In this document: piece by piece, positions 1 through 9,209 of the stretch
Layout of the letters: the number at the start of each line of letters is the position of its first letter
Numbering within the stretch: position 1 is the stretch's first letter
Source of the DNA: Myxococcota bacterium
Lineage (GTDB): Bacteria > Myxococcota_A > UBA796 > CAJQPC01
DNA length: 64,000 bases
Reading direction: 5' to 3'
Assembly (NCBI GenBank): GCA_036229005.1
Contig: JAZAMN010000071.1
Coordinates: forward strand, 179,388-243,387
Program-made: the position numbers and the translations under genes
The notes under the pieces: model-generated
Databases searched by the model: none
Seen by the model: only the letters and a program-made list of their open reading frames with translations
What the model was told of the DNA's origin: nothing

Positions 1-4
1 GATC

Positions 5-823
5 GTGGGTGGCCAGGAGGACCAGGGCCTGCTGCTTCGCGGCGCGCCCGGAGCCTGGGAGAGCGTGGCCCTGCCCGACGACACCCCCATGTTGACCTGG
101 GTCAGCGGCCAGGCGGCGGACGATGTCTGGGTCGCCGGCCTGGGGGGCACCCTGCTGCACTGGGACGGCGCCAGCTTCACCGACCACAGCCAGCCCATCG
201 AGGGCGCGTTCTGGGGCGTTCACCCCCTGGGCGACCAGGTCCTGGCCGTAGGCGGACAGTTCCGGCAGATCGGGGACGGCCCGGTCATGTACCGAATGGC
301 TGAGGGGCAGTGGGAGGCTCTGGATCTACCCTCTGAGCTCAGCAGCATCGAGAGCCTCTTCAAGGTCTGGCGCGACGGCGAGGACTTCGTCAGCGTGGGC
401 GCCGACGGCGTGTCCCTGCGCGTGACCCCGGACGGCCAGGTCACCGGCCTGCCCAGCGGCTCGAACAAGGACATGGTGACCGTCCACAGCCAGAACGGCG
501 ACACCCTTGTCGCGGTCGGCGGCCGCAGCTACGGCGCCGTCTGGGAGCTGGACGGGGACACCTGGAGCCAGACCGCGGAGACCAACGCCGGGCTCTCGGG
601 CCTGTGGGACGTGGGCGATGGGCGCATCGTCTGCGTGGGCGAGCGCGGGATCGCCGGCATCTACGACCGGGAGTCCCAGAGCTTCACCGAGAACCACCCC
701 TTCACCTCCCAGCTCCTGCACGCGGTCTGGGTGGACGACCAAGGCACCGTGATCGCGGTTGGAGGGGACTTTGTGAGCGATGAATTCACGGGTACCCTCG
801 TGACATCCGATCGCCTGCTCTAG
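5..823 (+). CDS. Beta-propeller-like repeat protein, probably 5'-truncated by the window edge
   Basis: Repeated units such as WVSGQAADDVWVAG, FWGVH..VLAVGG and LHAVWVDDQGTVIAVGG. Ends 9 bp before the next gene. Confidence 0.65.
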   Translation: MGGQEDQGLLLRGAPGAWESVALPDDTPMLTWVSGQAADDVWVAGLGGTLLHWDGASFTDHSQPIEGAFWGVHPLGDQVLAVGGQFRQIGDGPVMYRMAEGQWEALDLPSELSSIESLFKVWRDGEDFVSVGADGVSLRVTPDGQVTGLPSGSNKDMVTVHSQNGDTLVAVGGRSYGAVWELDGDTWSQTAETNAGLSGLWDVGDGRIVCVGERGIAGIYDRESQSFTENHPFTSQLLHAVWVDDQGTVIAVGGDFVSDEFTGTLVTSDRLL

Positions 824-832
824 AGACTGCCC

Positions 833-3136
833 ATGACCTTCACGACCCTGCTCGTCCTCCTGGCCTGTCCCGGTCCCGAAGCGGAGCCCCAGCAGTGGGC
901 CGACGTGTTCGTCGACGAGCCGGGTGATCCCGTCCCCTGGCTCGAGGGCGAGATGCTGGAGCGCTTCTGGGCGGGCAAGGAGGTCCTGGAGAGGCCCTTC
1001 ACCCCGACCACCGGCCTGGGCCCCACCTTCAACACGGACTCCTGCGCCGGCTGCCACCAGTTCCCCACCGCCGGCGGCTCCGCGCCCCGCTACCGTGACT
1101 TCCACCTGGTGCAGACCGTCCGGGAGTTCGACGGGGCCAAGATCGACGCCGGCACCAACGGCTCCTCGCCGGTGCTGAACATCTACGCGACCCACGAGCT
1201 GGGCGGCTGCGTGCCCCCCGACCCCACCATCGCGCACTACTCCCGCCGCAGCGCCCCCAACGCGATCGGCATGGGCCTGCTGCACTTCGTGGCGGACGAG
1301 ACCATCCTGGCCAACGCCGACCCCGACGACACCGACGGCGACGGCATCAGCGGCAAGCCCAACTACGAGCAGGGGCGGGTGGGCCGCTTTGGCTACAAGT
1401 CCCAGGCCGCCGGCCTGGAGTCCTTCAACCGGGGCGCGGCCTTCAACCAGATGGGCGTGACCACCGACCCGCTGCACTACACCTTCCCGGAGTCCCCGCC
1501 CGACCCCCTGGCGGTCGAGGCCCAGGCCTCCCTGCTGCAGAAGCTGCTGCTGCCCGTGGCCTACGCCCAGGTCGCCGCCCCCGACGAGCCCACCGTCGAC
1601 ACGGACGCCGCGCCCGATCCCGAGATGTCCAACGACGACCAGCTCAACCTGCTGATCTACTCGACCTACATGGGCGTCCCGCGCTTCGCCGCCCGCGGCC
1701 CCGAGGCCCAGGCCGGCATGGCCCAGTTCGACGAGATGGGCTGCTCGGATTGCCATCTGCCCGCCCTGGAGAGCACCGTCGGACTGCTGCCGGTCTACAG
1801 CGATCTGCTGCTGCACGACATGGGCCCCGAGCTGGCGGACAGCATCGGCCCCGGCGCCGCCACCGGCGCCGAGTGGCGCACCCAGCCCCTGTGGAACGTC
1901 TCCCTGCACGGCCCCTTCCTGCACGACGGGCGGGCAGACACCCTGGAAGACGCCATCGCGCTGCACGGCGGCGAAGCCGAGGCCTCCCGCGACGCCTGGC
2001 TGGCCCTCAGCGAGGCCGAGCAGGCCGAGGTCGTGGCCTTCCTGCGCAGCCTGGGCGGCTGGGACCCCCAGGGTCACATCAAGCTCCGGGACACCCAGGA
2101 CCTGCCCGAGACCGGCAGCGCCGGCGGCCCCGCGCGCGCGCTCAGCGACAGCGAACAGGCGCTCTGGCTGGCGGGTCGCTCCGCGTTCGAGGGCAGCTTC
2201 CAGGCCCCGGACGGTCTGGGCACGGACTTCAACGCCGATAGCTGCCGCGCCTGCCACCAGGACCCCGTGCTGGGCGGCGCGGGCGGCATCGACACCAGCG
2301 TCGTGCGCTACGGCTACTGGGACGACGAGACCGGCTTCCACGCCGGCGAGCGCAACGTGGTCATGCGCACCACCCTTCCCGGGAACGTCCCCCAGCTCAT
2401 GCCCGACGACGCCAACGTCATCGAGCTGCGCCAGCCCCCCACCCTGCTGGGCATCGGCAGCATCGAGGCCATCCCCCAGTCCGCGATCGAGGCCAATGCA
2501 GACCCCGATGACCTCGACGGTGACGGGATCAGCGGCAAGTTGCGGGTGCTGGAGAGTGGGGCGGTGGGCCGCTATGGCTGGAAGGCCCAGATCCCCACCA
2601 TCCCCGACTTTGTCGCCGACGCGATGCTCAACGAGCTGGGGGTCACCTCGGACCCCGCCATCTCCGAGTTCACGGCCGAAGACGACGACGAGATCGCTGA
2701 CCCCGAGCTGCCCTCCGACCAGTTCGACGCGGTGTCCTTCTACCTGGTGAACCTCGCGCCCCCCGCGCGCAAGGAGAGCGCCGGCGAGCCCGATGTCGTG
2801 GCTGGCGAGTCCCTGTTCTCCCAGGTGGGCTGCGAGAGCTGTCACATGGTGCTGGCCGGGACCCCGCTGTACTCCGATCTGCTCCTCCACGACCTGGGCT
2901 ACGCGCAGAGCACGGTGGTCGATCAGGAGGGCGCGGCGGTGTTGCCCTGGGAGTTCAAGACCGCACCGCTCTGGGGTGTCTCCGACACGGCCCCCTACCT
3001 GCACGATGGTCGGGCGAGCACGCTCAGCGAGGCCATCGGGGAGCACGGCGGCGAAGCGCAGGCCACCCAGGACCGCTTCAACGCTCTGAGTGCGCAGGAG
3101 CAGGCGCAGATCCTGGCCTTCCTCGAGAGCCTCTGA
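833..3136 (+). CDS. Tandem di-haem oxidoreductase (DHOR-family) lipoprotein with four c-type haem motifs
   Basis: CAGCH, CSDCH, CRACH and CESCH. Duplicated ADPDDxDGDGISG, GRxGxKxQ, YSDLLLHDxG and PxLHDGRA motifs. Lipobox LLAC. Confidence 0.85.
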   Translation: MTFTTLLVLLACPGPEAEPQQWADVFVDEPGDPVPWLEGEMLERFWAGKEVLERPFTPTTGLGPTFNTDSCAGCHQFPTAGGSAPRYRDFHLVQTVREFDGAKIDAGTNGSSPVLNIYATHELGGCVPPDPTIAHYSRRSAPNAIGMGLLHFVADETILANADPDDTDGDGISGKPNYEQGRVGRFGYKSQAAGLESFNRGAAFNQMGVTTDPLHYTFPESPPDPLAVEAQASLLQKLLLPVAYAQVAAPDEPTVDTDAAPDPEMSNDDQLNLLIYSTYMGVPRFAARGPEAQAGMAQFDEMGCSDCHLPALESTVGLLPVYSDLLLHDMGPELADSIGPGAATGAEWRTQPLWNVSLHGPFLHDGRADTLEDAIALHGGEAEASRDAWLALSEAEQAEVVAFLRSLGGWDPQGHIKLRDTQDLPETGSAGGPARALSDSEQALWLAGRSAFEGSFQAPDGLGTDFNADSCRACHQDPVLGGAGGIDTSVVRYGYWDDETGFHAGERNVVMRTTLPGNVPQLMPDDANVIELRQPPTLLGIGSIEAIPQSAIEANADPDDLDGDGISGKLRVLESGAVGRYGWKAQIPTIPDFVADAMLNELGVTSDPAISEFTAEDDDEIADPELPSDQFDAVSFYLVNLAPPARKESAGEPDVVAGESLFSQVGCESCHMVLAGTPLYSDLLLHDLGYAQSTVVDQEGAAVLPWEFKTAPLWGVSDTAPYLHDGRASTLSEAIGEHGGEAQATQDRFNALSAQEQAQILAFLESL

Positions 3137-3178
3137 GGCGCCACCGATGCCCTGCCCCGGTGACCCCGGGGTGGGCGG

Positions 3179-4717
3179 CTACTCTTCCTCTCCGGCGATG
3201 GCCCGGCCGACGATCGCAGCGAGCGCCTTGGCGTTGTAGGGCTTCTGCAGGAAGCGGGTCTGGGCGTCCCGGCGCAGGTCGCTGATGGCGTCCTGCTCGT
3301 TGAAGCCGCTGCTGAGGATGACCTGCAGCTCCTTGTCCAGCGAGCGCAGCAGGCCCAGGGCCTCCTGGCCGCCCATGCGGGGCATGGTCAGGTCCATCAG
3401 CACGACGTCGATGTTGGCGGTGGCCTTGAAGACCTCGACCGCCTCGTGGCCGTTGCTGGCTTCGATGACGTCGTAGCCGGCGTGCTTGAGCACGCGCTTG
3501 GCCAGCCCGCGCACGATGTTGTCGTCGTCCACGATCAGCACGCGGCCCTTGGTGATGGGCTCGTCCTTTCGCGGCTCGCCGGCATCCAGCGCGGGGAGCA
3601 GCACCCGGAAGGTGGTGCCGAGCCCAGGCTCGCTGTACACCGCGATGGCGCCCTGGTGGCCCTTGACGATGCCCTGCACCGCCGAGAGGCCCAGGCCGTG
3701 CCCGTTGCTCTTGGTGGTGAAGAAGGGCTCGAAGATCTGGGCGACCACCTTGGTGTTCATGCCCGAGCCGTTGTCCGAGACCTCGATGAACACATAGCGC
3801 CCGGCGGACAGGTCCCCGGCGCCCATCTGGTCCAGGTAGGACGCGTCGACCACGACCTCCCCGCACTGGACGCGGACCAGCCCCTCTTCCTTGTCGATGG
3901 CCTGGATGGCGTTGGTGACCAGGTTGGAGAACACCTGCTGGAGCTGGGCGGCGTCGGCCTGCACCAAGGCCATGCCCTCTGGGAGCTTGTACTGCACCCG
4001 GACGTGGGAGGGGACCTGGGAGCGCAGCAGCAGCCGGGTCTCCGAGAGCAGATCGGCGACGTCCAGCGGGCGCACCACGAAGCGTCCCTTTCCGGAGTAG
4101 GCCAGCATCTGCCGGGCCAGGTCGGAGGCGCGCTCGGCGGCGAGCTGCAGGTCGTCCAGGCACTCCATGGCGGGGTGGTCATTCTCGATGAGCTGGGCCG
4201 CGAAGGAGGCGTTGCCCAGGATGCCCACCAGCAGGTTGTTGAAGTCGTGGGCGATGCCCCCGGCCATCAGGCCCAGGCTGCGCAGGCGCTGACTCTCCAT
4301 GGCCTGGGCCATCTGCTTCTCCCGCACCTGGTGCTGGGAGACGCGCACGCTGATGTCGGAGATGCTGGCCAGGACGTAGGTCTGCTCCCCCTCGGTGAAG
4401 GGGTTGAGCCCGATCTCCACCGGGAAGCGGCTGCCGTCCCGTCGCACAGCGTGCAGATCCCGGCCCACCCCCATCGCCCGGCGCGAGGGGGCCTTGTGGA
4501 AGCCCTCCCGCAGCCCGACGTGCCGCTGCGCCATCTCTTTGGGGAGCAGATCTTCTACCCGAAGGCCCAGCAGCTCGCCGCCAAAGAGCTCGGCGGCCGC
4601 AGAGTTCTCAGCCACGATGCAGCCACTCCGGTCAATCAGGAGCATCCCCAAGGGGCTCGCATCGAGCGCCAGTCGAAAGCCGGCGCTCTCCCAGAAGTGG
4701 GTCTCGTTGCCCGACAT
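3179..4717 (-). CDS. PAS-domain hybrid sensor histidine kinase/response regulator
   Basis: PAS domain (RRDGSRFPVEIGL), H-box GGIAHDFNNLL, NLVTNA, DNGSGM, FEPFFTTK, GLGLS, and a receiver domain (VDDD, DLTMPRMGG, KPY). Confidence 0.93.
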   Translation of the reverse strand: MSGNETHFWESAGFRLALDASPLGMLLIDRSGCIVAENSAAAELFGGELLGLRVEDLLPKEMAQRHVGLREGFHKAPSRRAMGVGRDLHAVRRDGSRFPVEIGLNPFTEGEQTYVLASISDISVRVSQHQVREKQMAQAMESQRLRSLGLMAGGIAHDFNNLLVGILGNASFAAQLIENDHPAMECLDDLQLAAERASDLARQMLAYSGKGRFVVRPLDVADLLSETRLLLRSQVPSHVRVQYKLPEGMALVQADAAQLQQVFSNLVTNAIQAIDKEEGLVRVQCGEVVVDASYLDQMGAGDLSAGRYVFIEVSDNGSGMNTKVVAQIFEPFFTTKSNGHGLGLSAVQGIVKGHQGAIAVYSEPGLGTTFRVLLPALDAGEPRKDEPITKGRVLIVDDDNIVRGLAKRVLKHAGYDVIEASNGHEAVEVFKATANIDVVLMDLTMPRMGGQEALGLLRSLDKELQVILSSGFNEQDAISDLRRDAQTRFLQKPYNAKALAAIVGRAIAGEEE

Positions 4718-4802
4718 CTACCTTCCGCATGGTCGCCCAAGGCTATCCCAGAAGTCCGCTTTCATCGGGCTTCGCGACCGGAAAATCAGTCAATTGAAAG
4801 AT

Positions 4803-5450
4803 TCAGGCCGCTCGGACCGCGGCCATGAAGGCCGCCAGCTTCTCGGCGTCCAAAGCGTACTCTGGGCCAGATCGAACCCCGGTGCAGAGATCCAGGCCGT
4901 AAGGGCGCACGGTGCGGATGGCCTGCTGCACGTTGTGCGGCTTGAGCCCGCCGGCCAGCAGGACCGGGGTGTCCAGGGCCTGGACGATCTGCGCGGAGAT
5001 GGACCAGTCGTGGGTGAGCCCAGTGCCCCCGAGCTGCCCGTTGGGCCCGCCCGTGTCCAGGACCAGGCAGTGCACGTGCTCCGCGAGCGCCCGGGCGGCC
5101 TCCAGGGACTCCGGTCCCGTGACGTGCACCGCCTTGAGGATGCGCACCCCGGGGAAGGCCCGGCGCAGGGCGGCCAGATCCTCCAGGGGGAAGCGGTCCA
5201 CGATCTGCACGGTGTTGCAGCCGGTCAGCTCGAGCTGCCGGGCCACGGCCTCGGCGTCGGTCCGGGACGAGAGCAGGACGCTGTCCACCATGGGCGGGAT
5301 GACCGCCGCGATCTCGGCGATGCGCTGCTCGGGGACGGGGCCCCAGCCAGTCGGCATCTCGGAGACCAGCCCCAGGGAGCGGGCGCCGTGGGAGATGGCC
5401 AGCCTGGCCTCGTCGATGGACTGGATGCAGCAGATCTTGACGGGCAGCAC
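4803..5450 (-). CDS. trpF: Phosphoribosylanthranilate isomerase (stand-alone)
   Basis: VKICCI, LVLDT, GGTGLTHDW, LAGGLKPHNV and GLDLCTGV motifs. Confidence 0.88.
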   Translation of the reverse strand: MLPVKICCIQSIDEARLAISHGARSLGLVSEMPTGWGPVPEQRIAEIAAVIPPMVDSVLLSSRTDAEAVARQLELTGCNTVQIVDRFPLEDLAALRRAFPGVRILKAVHVTGPESLEAARALAEHVHCLVLDTGGPNGQLGGTGLTHDWSISAQIVQALDTPVLLAGGLKPHNVQQAIRTVRPYGLDLCTGVRSGPEYALDAEKLAAFMAAVRAA

Positions 5451-5489
5451 GGGGGCTCCAAGGTGGGCCCCTGAGCTATCTGCAGACGA

Positions 5490-6377
5490 TCACCACCGCC
5501 AGAGCCGAACCCCGTCCGCGCAGCTCGCGAGCCAGGGCCCGGAGGGGGAGAAGGCGACCTGCTTGACCGCCTGCTGGTGCCCGGCGACCTTGCCGGGGCG
5601 GCCCCGGGTGACGCTGCCGTCCGAGAGGCGGGAGAAGGCGATCTCGCCGCTGCGGGTGCCCAGCGCGACCATCTCGCCCACCACGTGGACGTCGGCGGCG
5701 GTGAGGTCGTAGCTCATGACGGTCTGGGAGTCCTTGCCCTTCCAGACGGTGACGCCGCCCTCGGCCAGCCCCATGAGCAGGCCCTTTCCGCAGTAGCGCA
5801 GGCGGTGGGCGCTGGTGTGGGCGCGCGGCAGGGGCTTGCCGAAGGGCACCAGCTCCAGGCCCCCGGGGAGCACGCGGGCGTAGACCATGTGGCCGCGGGC
5901 GTCCTGCCCCAGCACCACCTGATCGGGGAGCCGCAGGCGCTTTCGGCGGTCCAGCTCGGGCGTGGTGACCACCCCCAGGCGGCCGTCCAGGCTGCGGCCC
6001 AGGACCACCAGCCCGAGCTGATCGTGGGGGCGGGGGAACCAGAGCAGCTCGATCTCCGAGAGCAGGGGCAAGGGCATCTCGGCCAGGCGCTCGCCCTTGC
6101 GGGTCTCGTGGATGGCGATGCCGATGCCGCGCTCCACCACCGCCAGCAGCTTTCCGTCCGGGGAGGCGCAGATGCGCGCGGGGTCCTGCACGGTCCCCTT
6201 GAGCTTGCGGGTTCCGTAGACCGGATCCACCTCGATCAGCGAGCCGTCCTGCGTGGCCACCAGTAGCTGCTCACGGCGCCCCAGCCAGCTCAGCGCGCGC
6301 GCCCCCTCCACCGGCGGCTGCAACACCGCCGTGATCGCGCCCCGCTCGTGGAGGAAGTGGGGGTTGGAGCCGTCCAT
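5490..6377 (-). CDS. WD40-like beta-propeller protein
   Basis: ASPDGKLLAV and a C-terminal GHQQAVKQVAFSPSGPWLAS..VRLWRW WD40-type repeat. Confidence 0.7.
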   Translation of the reverse strand: MDGSNPHFLHERGAITAVLQPPVEGARALSWLGRREQLLVATQDGSLIEVDPVYGTRKLKGTVQDPARICASPDGKLLAVVERGIGIAIHETRKGERLAEMPLPLLSEIELLWFPRPHDQLGLVVLGRSLDGRLGVVTTPELDRRKRLRLPDQVVLGQDARGHMVYARVLPGGLELVPFGKPLPRAHTSAHRLRYCGKGLLMGLAEGGVTVWKGKDSQTVMSYDLTAADVHVVGEMVALGTRSGEIAFSRLSDGSVTRGRPGKVAGHQQAVKQVAFSPSGPWLASCADGVRLWRW

Positions 6378-6386
6378 GCCCCCAGT

Positions 6387-6998
6387 CTACACCGGCACGT
6401 GGGTGGAGGTGTCGGCCGGAGCGCTCTGCCCGCGCTGGAACTCCAGCAAGCCCTTGAGCACCAGGGCCTGGTACCAGGCGTCGTAGTCGGCGCGGTGCTT
6501 CTGCCCCATGTCCTCGGCGGGCAGGCCCAGGCGCTCGGCCAGGGTCTCCTTGCCGGTGTCCAGCCAGTGCAGATCCAGCACGCCCGCGGCCAGGGCCTTG
6601 GTGTCCAGGGCCTTGTAGCCAAAGGGGTTGTCCAGCTCCTCCGCCTTGTAGGCGTAGCTGACGAAGGACCAGTCAAAGGGCGCGTTGTGCCCCACGAACA
6701 CGGCCTCGCTGCCGGGGGTGGCGTGCTCCTGCACCCAGTCCGTGAGCGCCAGCATCGCGTCCCGCCGCGTCATTCCGTCGCGCCGCAGGCGCTCCAGGTC
6801 CAGCCCGTTTACAGCCATCGCGCGGGCGTCGACCTTGGGCGCCTGGGGCTTCATCTCCAGGTAGAGCTGCGGGCCCAGTGCAAGGCTGCCACCCTCTCGC
6901 TCGTAGACCACCTGAGCACCGAGGCTGATCATGTCGAACAGACCAGGCACCGTCCCGGAGCACTCGATGTCGATACAGAACCACGTTGCGCGCGCCAT
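6387..6998 (-). CDS. DEDDh 3'-5' exonuclease (DnaQ/RNase T-like)
   Basis: ExoI IDIECSG, ExoII GHNAPFDW and ExoIII HRADYDA. Confidence 0.88.
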   Translation of the reverse strand: MARATWFCIDIECSGTVPGLFDMISLGAQVVYEREGGSLALGPQLYLEMKPQAPKVDARAMAVNGLDLERLRRDGMTRRDAMLALTDWVQEHATPGSEAVFVGHNAPFDWSFVSYAYKAEELDNPFGYKALDTKALAAGVLDLHWLDTGKETLAERLGLPAEDMGQKHRADYDAWYQALVLKGLLEFQRGQSAPADTSTHVPV

Positions 6999-7028
6999 GA
7001 CTCTCCCTCTCCCCCGGACCCCTGCACC

Positions 7029-8180
7029 ATGAAGCTGGCCGGCTCGATCCTGATGGGGCTGCTCGGACTGCTATTGGGCTGCGCCGCGCTGTGCACCCTG
7101 CTGGGCCTGGGGACTCTGCGTCAGGCCCCCCCGAGCGCCGTCGCCCTGGCCGGCGTGGCCCTGCTCACCCTGCCCACCGCCGGGATCGCCAGCCTGATCA
7201 AGCCCCGCTGGGTGGGGGCCCTCTCCGGGGCCGTGCTCTGGCCGCTCGCCCTGCTGGTCGGCGTCCCGATCTTCTTCCCGGGGGAGCGGACCGAGGCCCT
7301 CTCCACGGGGCTCGCCACCCTCTCCGCCCCCTTCGGCGCCCGCGCATCCCAACGCGCTGCCGGCATCGGCGAGGTCATCGGTTCGTGGATGGGCCCCGAG
7401 CTGCTGGCCGGCCAGCCCCCCACCCCGCACGCCGCGCCGCAGGCCGCTCCGCCTCAGCCTGTCCTCGCCGTCACCCAGATCGCTACACCCCGCGCGGTCG
7501 AGCACGACCCCGAGAGTCTGGCCCTGCCGTACGAGGGCCAAGGTCGCTCCCTCCGTGTCCCCGTCGGGCTGGAGCAGGACGGGTTCGAGGTGGAGCGCTG
7601 GATGCTCTTTGACACGGGCGCCACCTACACGACCCTGACCACCCAGGCGCTGGCGGACCTGGGCGTGCGCATCCCCTCCGACGCGCCCCAGGCGACCCTG
7701 CACACGGCCAATGGCGTGACGACGGCGCCGCTGGTGCTGCTGGACCGGGTGTGGCTGGGGGGCTTCGCGGTGGAGAACGTGACCGTGGCGGTGTGTGACC
7801 TGTGCGGCTCGGACACCAGCGCCGGGCTGCTGGGGCTGAACGTGAGCGGGCAGTTCACGGTGACCTTTGATCCGGGCGCCCAGATGCTGGAGCTCACCCC
7901 CCAGGCGGGCAACCGCGAGCTGGATCTGTCGCACTGGGTCCACCTGCGAGGAACAGCGACCGGCTACCCCGACGGGCGCATCGAGGTGGAGACCGAAGCG
8001 GACAACCTCTCGGACCACGACATCGCGCGGCTGGACGTGGAGATCGAGTGCGCGTCCGAGCGCTTCACGGCCACCCTGACGGACATCGAGCCGGGGGGGA
8101 CCGGCCACACGCGGGTGCGGCTGCCGCGGGGCACGGAGTGTGACCCCTACGTGCTGCGGCTGCAGAGCGGGAGCTGGTAG
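7029..8180 (+). CDS. Membrane-anchored clan AA (retropepsin-like) aspartic protease
   Basis: Three N-terminal hydrophobic helices, catalytic FDTGATYT, TANG flap and GLLGLN. Start placed at ATG 7029 inside the longer ORF. Confidence 0.85.
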   Translation: MKLAGSILMGLLGLLLGCAALCTLLGLGTLRQAPPSAVALAGVALLTLPTAGIASLIKPRWVGALSGAVLWPLALLVGVPIFFPGERTEALSTGLATLSAPFGARASQRAAGIGEVIGSWMGPELLAGQPPTPHAAPQAAPPQPVLAVTQIATPRAVEHDPESLALPYEGQGRSLRVPVGLEQDGFEVERWMLFDTGATYTTLTTQALADLGVRIPSDAPQATLHTANGVTTAPLVLLDRVWLGGFAVENVTVAVCDLCGSDTSAGLLGLNVSGQFTVTFDPGAQMLELTPQAGNRELDLSHWVHLRGTATGYPDGRIEVETEADNLSDHDIARLDVEIECASERFTATLTDIEPGGTGHTRVRLPRGTECDPYVLRLQSGSW

Positions 8181-8183
8181 GCG

Positions 8184-8615
8184 CTACTGGATGACGACGC
8201 TGCGGGTCACCAGGTTCTCCGGGCTGCCGTCGCGGGCGCTGCGGGAGTAGACCTCGACCTTGGCGGGGCCGGGGGTGACCGGGACGGAGAGCTCGAACTC
8301 GCCAAAGTCGGGGGCGGCCGCCACGAGCACCGTGGCGTCGGTCAGCACCTCGTCGCCGCGGGTGACCCGGACGGTGAGGTGGCCCTCGAAGACCTGGGCG
8401 GCGCCCGCGACCACGAGCTGCTCACCGGAGATCACCGCGCCCTCGGCGGGCTGGGTGAGCGCGATGGGCGTGGCCGGGGGCTGCCGCTCGAGCTCCTGGA
8501 CCTGGGCCTCGCCCACCGGACCCGACTCCAGCGCCACCTGGGGCAGCTCGGGGACGGGCTCGGGGGTCTCTGCGACCGGGGGAGTGCCCGCGCAGGCCAG
8601 GAGCAGCAGGATCAT
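8184..8615 (-). CDS. Lipoprotein with Gmad2-like immunoglobulin domain
   Basis: MILLLLAC lipobox, VAGAAQVFEG and YSRSARDGS motifs. ATG overlaps the upstream stop (ATGA). Confidence 0.75.
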   Translation of the reverse strand: MILLLLACAGTPPVAETPEPVPELPQVALESGPVGEAQVQELERQPPATPIALTQPAEGAVISGEQLVVAGAAQVFEGHLTVRVTRGDEVLTDATVLVAAAPDFGEFELSVPVTPGPAKVEVYSRSARDGSPENLVTRSVVIQ

Positions 8616-9136
8616 GCGCCGAAGCTCGCGGGGGGCTTCCAGGCGGCGTCCAGGGCCTCGGTGGCGACCCACAGCATCATGAAGATCATGCCGGCCTTGG
8701 TGGGGTCGACGTCGACCTCGCCCTCCTGCTTGTCCTCGTCGCTGCGCTCGAACAGGGCCCACAGGGCCTCGTCCAGGATGTGGGGCTGGGCGCGGTCCTC
8801 GATGGCGCGGACGCGCTCGGGGAACTCCTTGTCGAAGGGCAGGAGCTGGTCGACCACGCCCTGGACCTTGGCGGCGGCGGCGTTGATCTGCTTGCCGTTG
8901 ACCTTGGACAGGCGGCCGCCCATCTGGTCGAAGATGCGGACGACGACGGAGAAGAGGTAGAGGCTGACCTCGCCCGTCTGCGCGTCGATGGCCGGCAGGT
9001 TCTGGTTGTAGAAGCTCAGCAGGCGCTTCTGCTCCTTGAGCAGGCGGGTGGCGATGGCGCGGAAGCGCTCGCCGTCCTCGGCGCAGGCCTCGGAGAGGGT
9101 GTGGACGGTGTCCCGATCGATCGCGGCGTTGGCCAT
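8612..9136 (-). CDS. Hypothetical alpha-helical protein
   Basis: Strong GC3 codon bias. GGAG precedes ATG 9136; alternative GTG at 9160. Confidence 0.7.
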   Translation of the reverse strand: MANAAIDRDTVHTLSEACAEDGERFRAIATRLLKEQKRLLSFYNQNLPAIDAQTGEVSLYLFSVVVRIFDQMGGRLSKVNGKQINAAAAKVQGVVDQLLPFDKEFPERVRAIEDRAQPHILDEALWALFERSDEDKQEGEVDVDPTKAGMIFMMLWVATEALDAAWKPPASFGA

Positions 9137-9209
9137 GGTGGGCTCCAAGTCAGGGCGCACGCCAATAGCTTGGGCGGGGACGCTCAGCCACCCGGCGCGC
9201 GCCCTCCGC

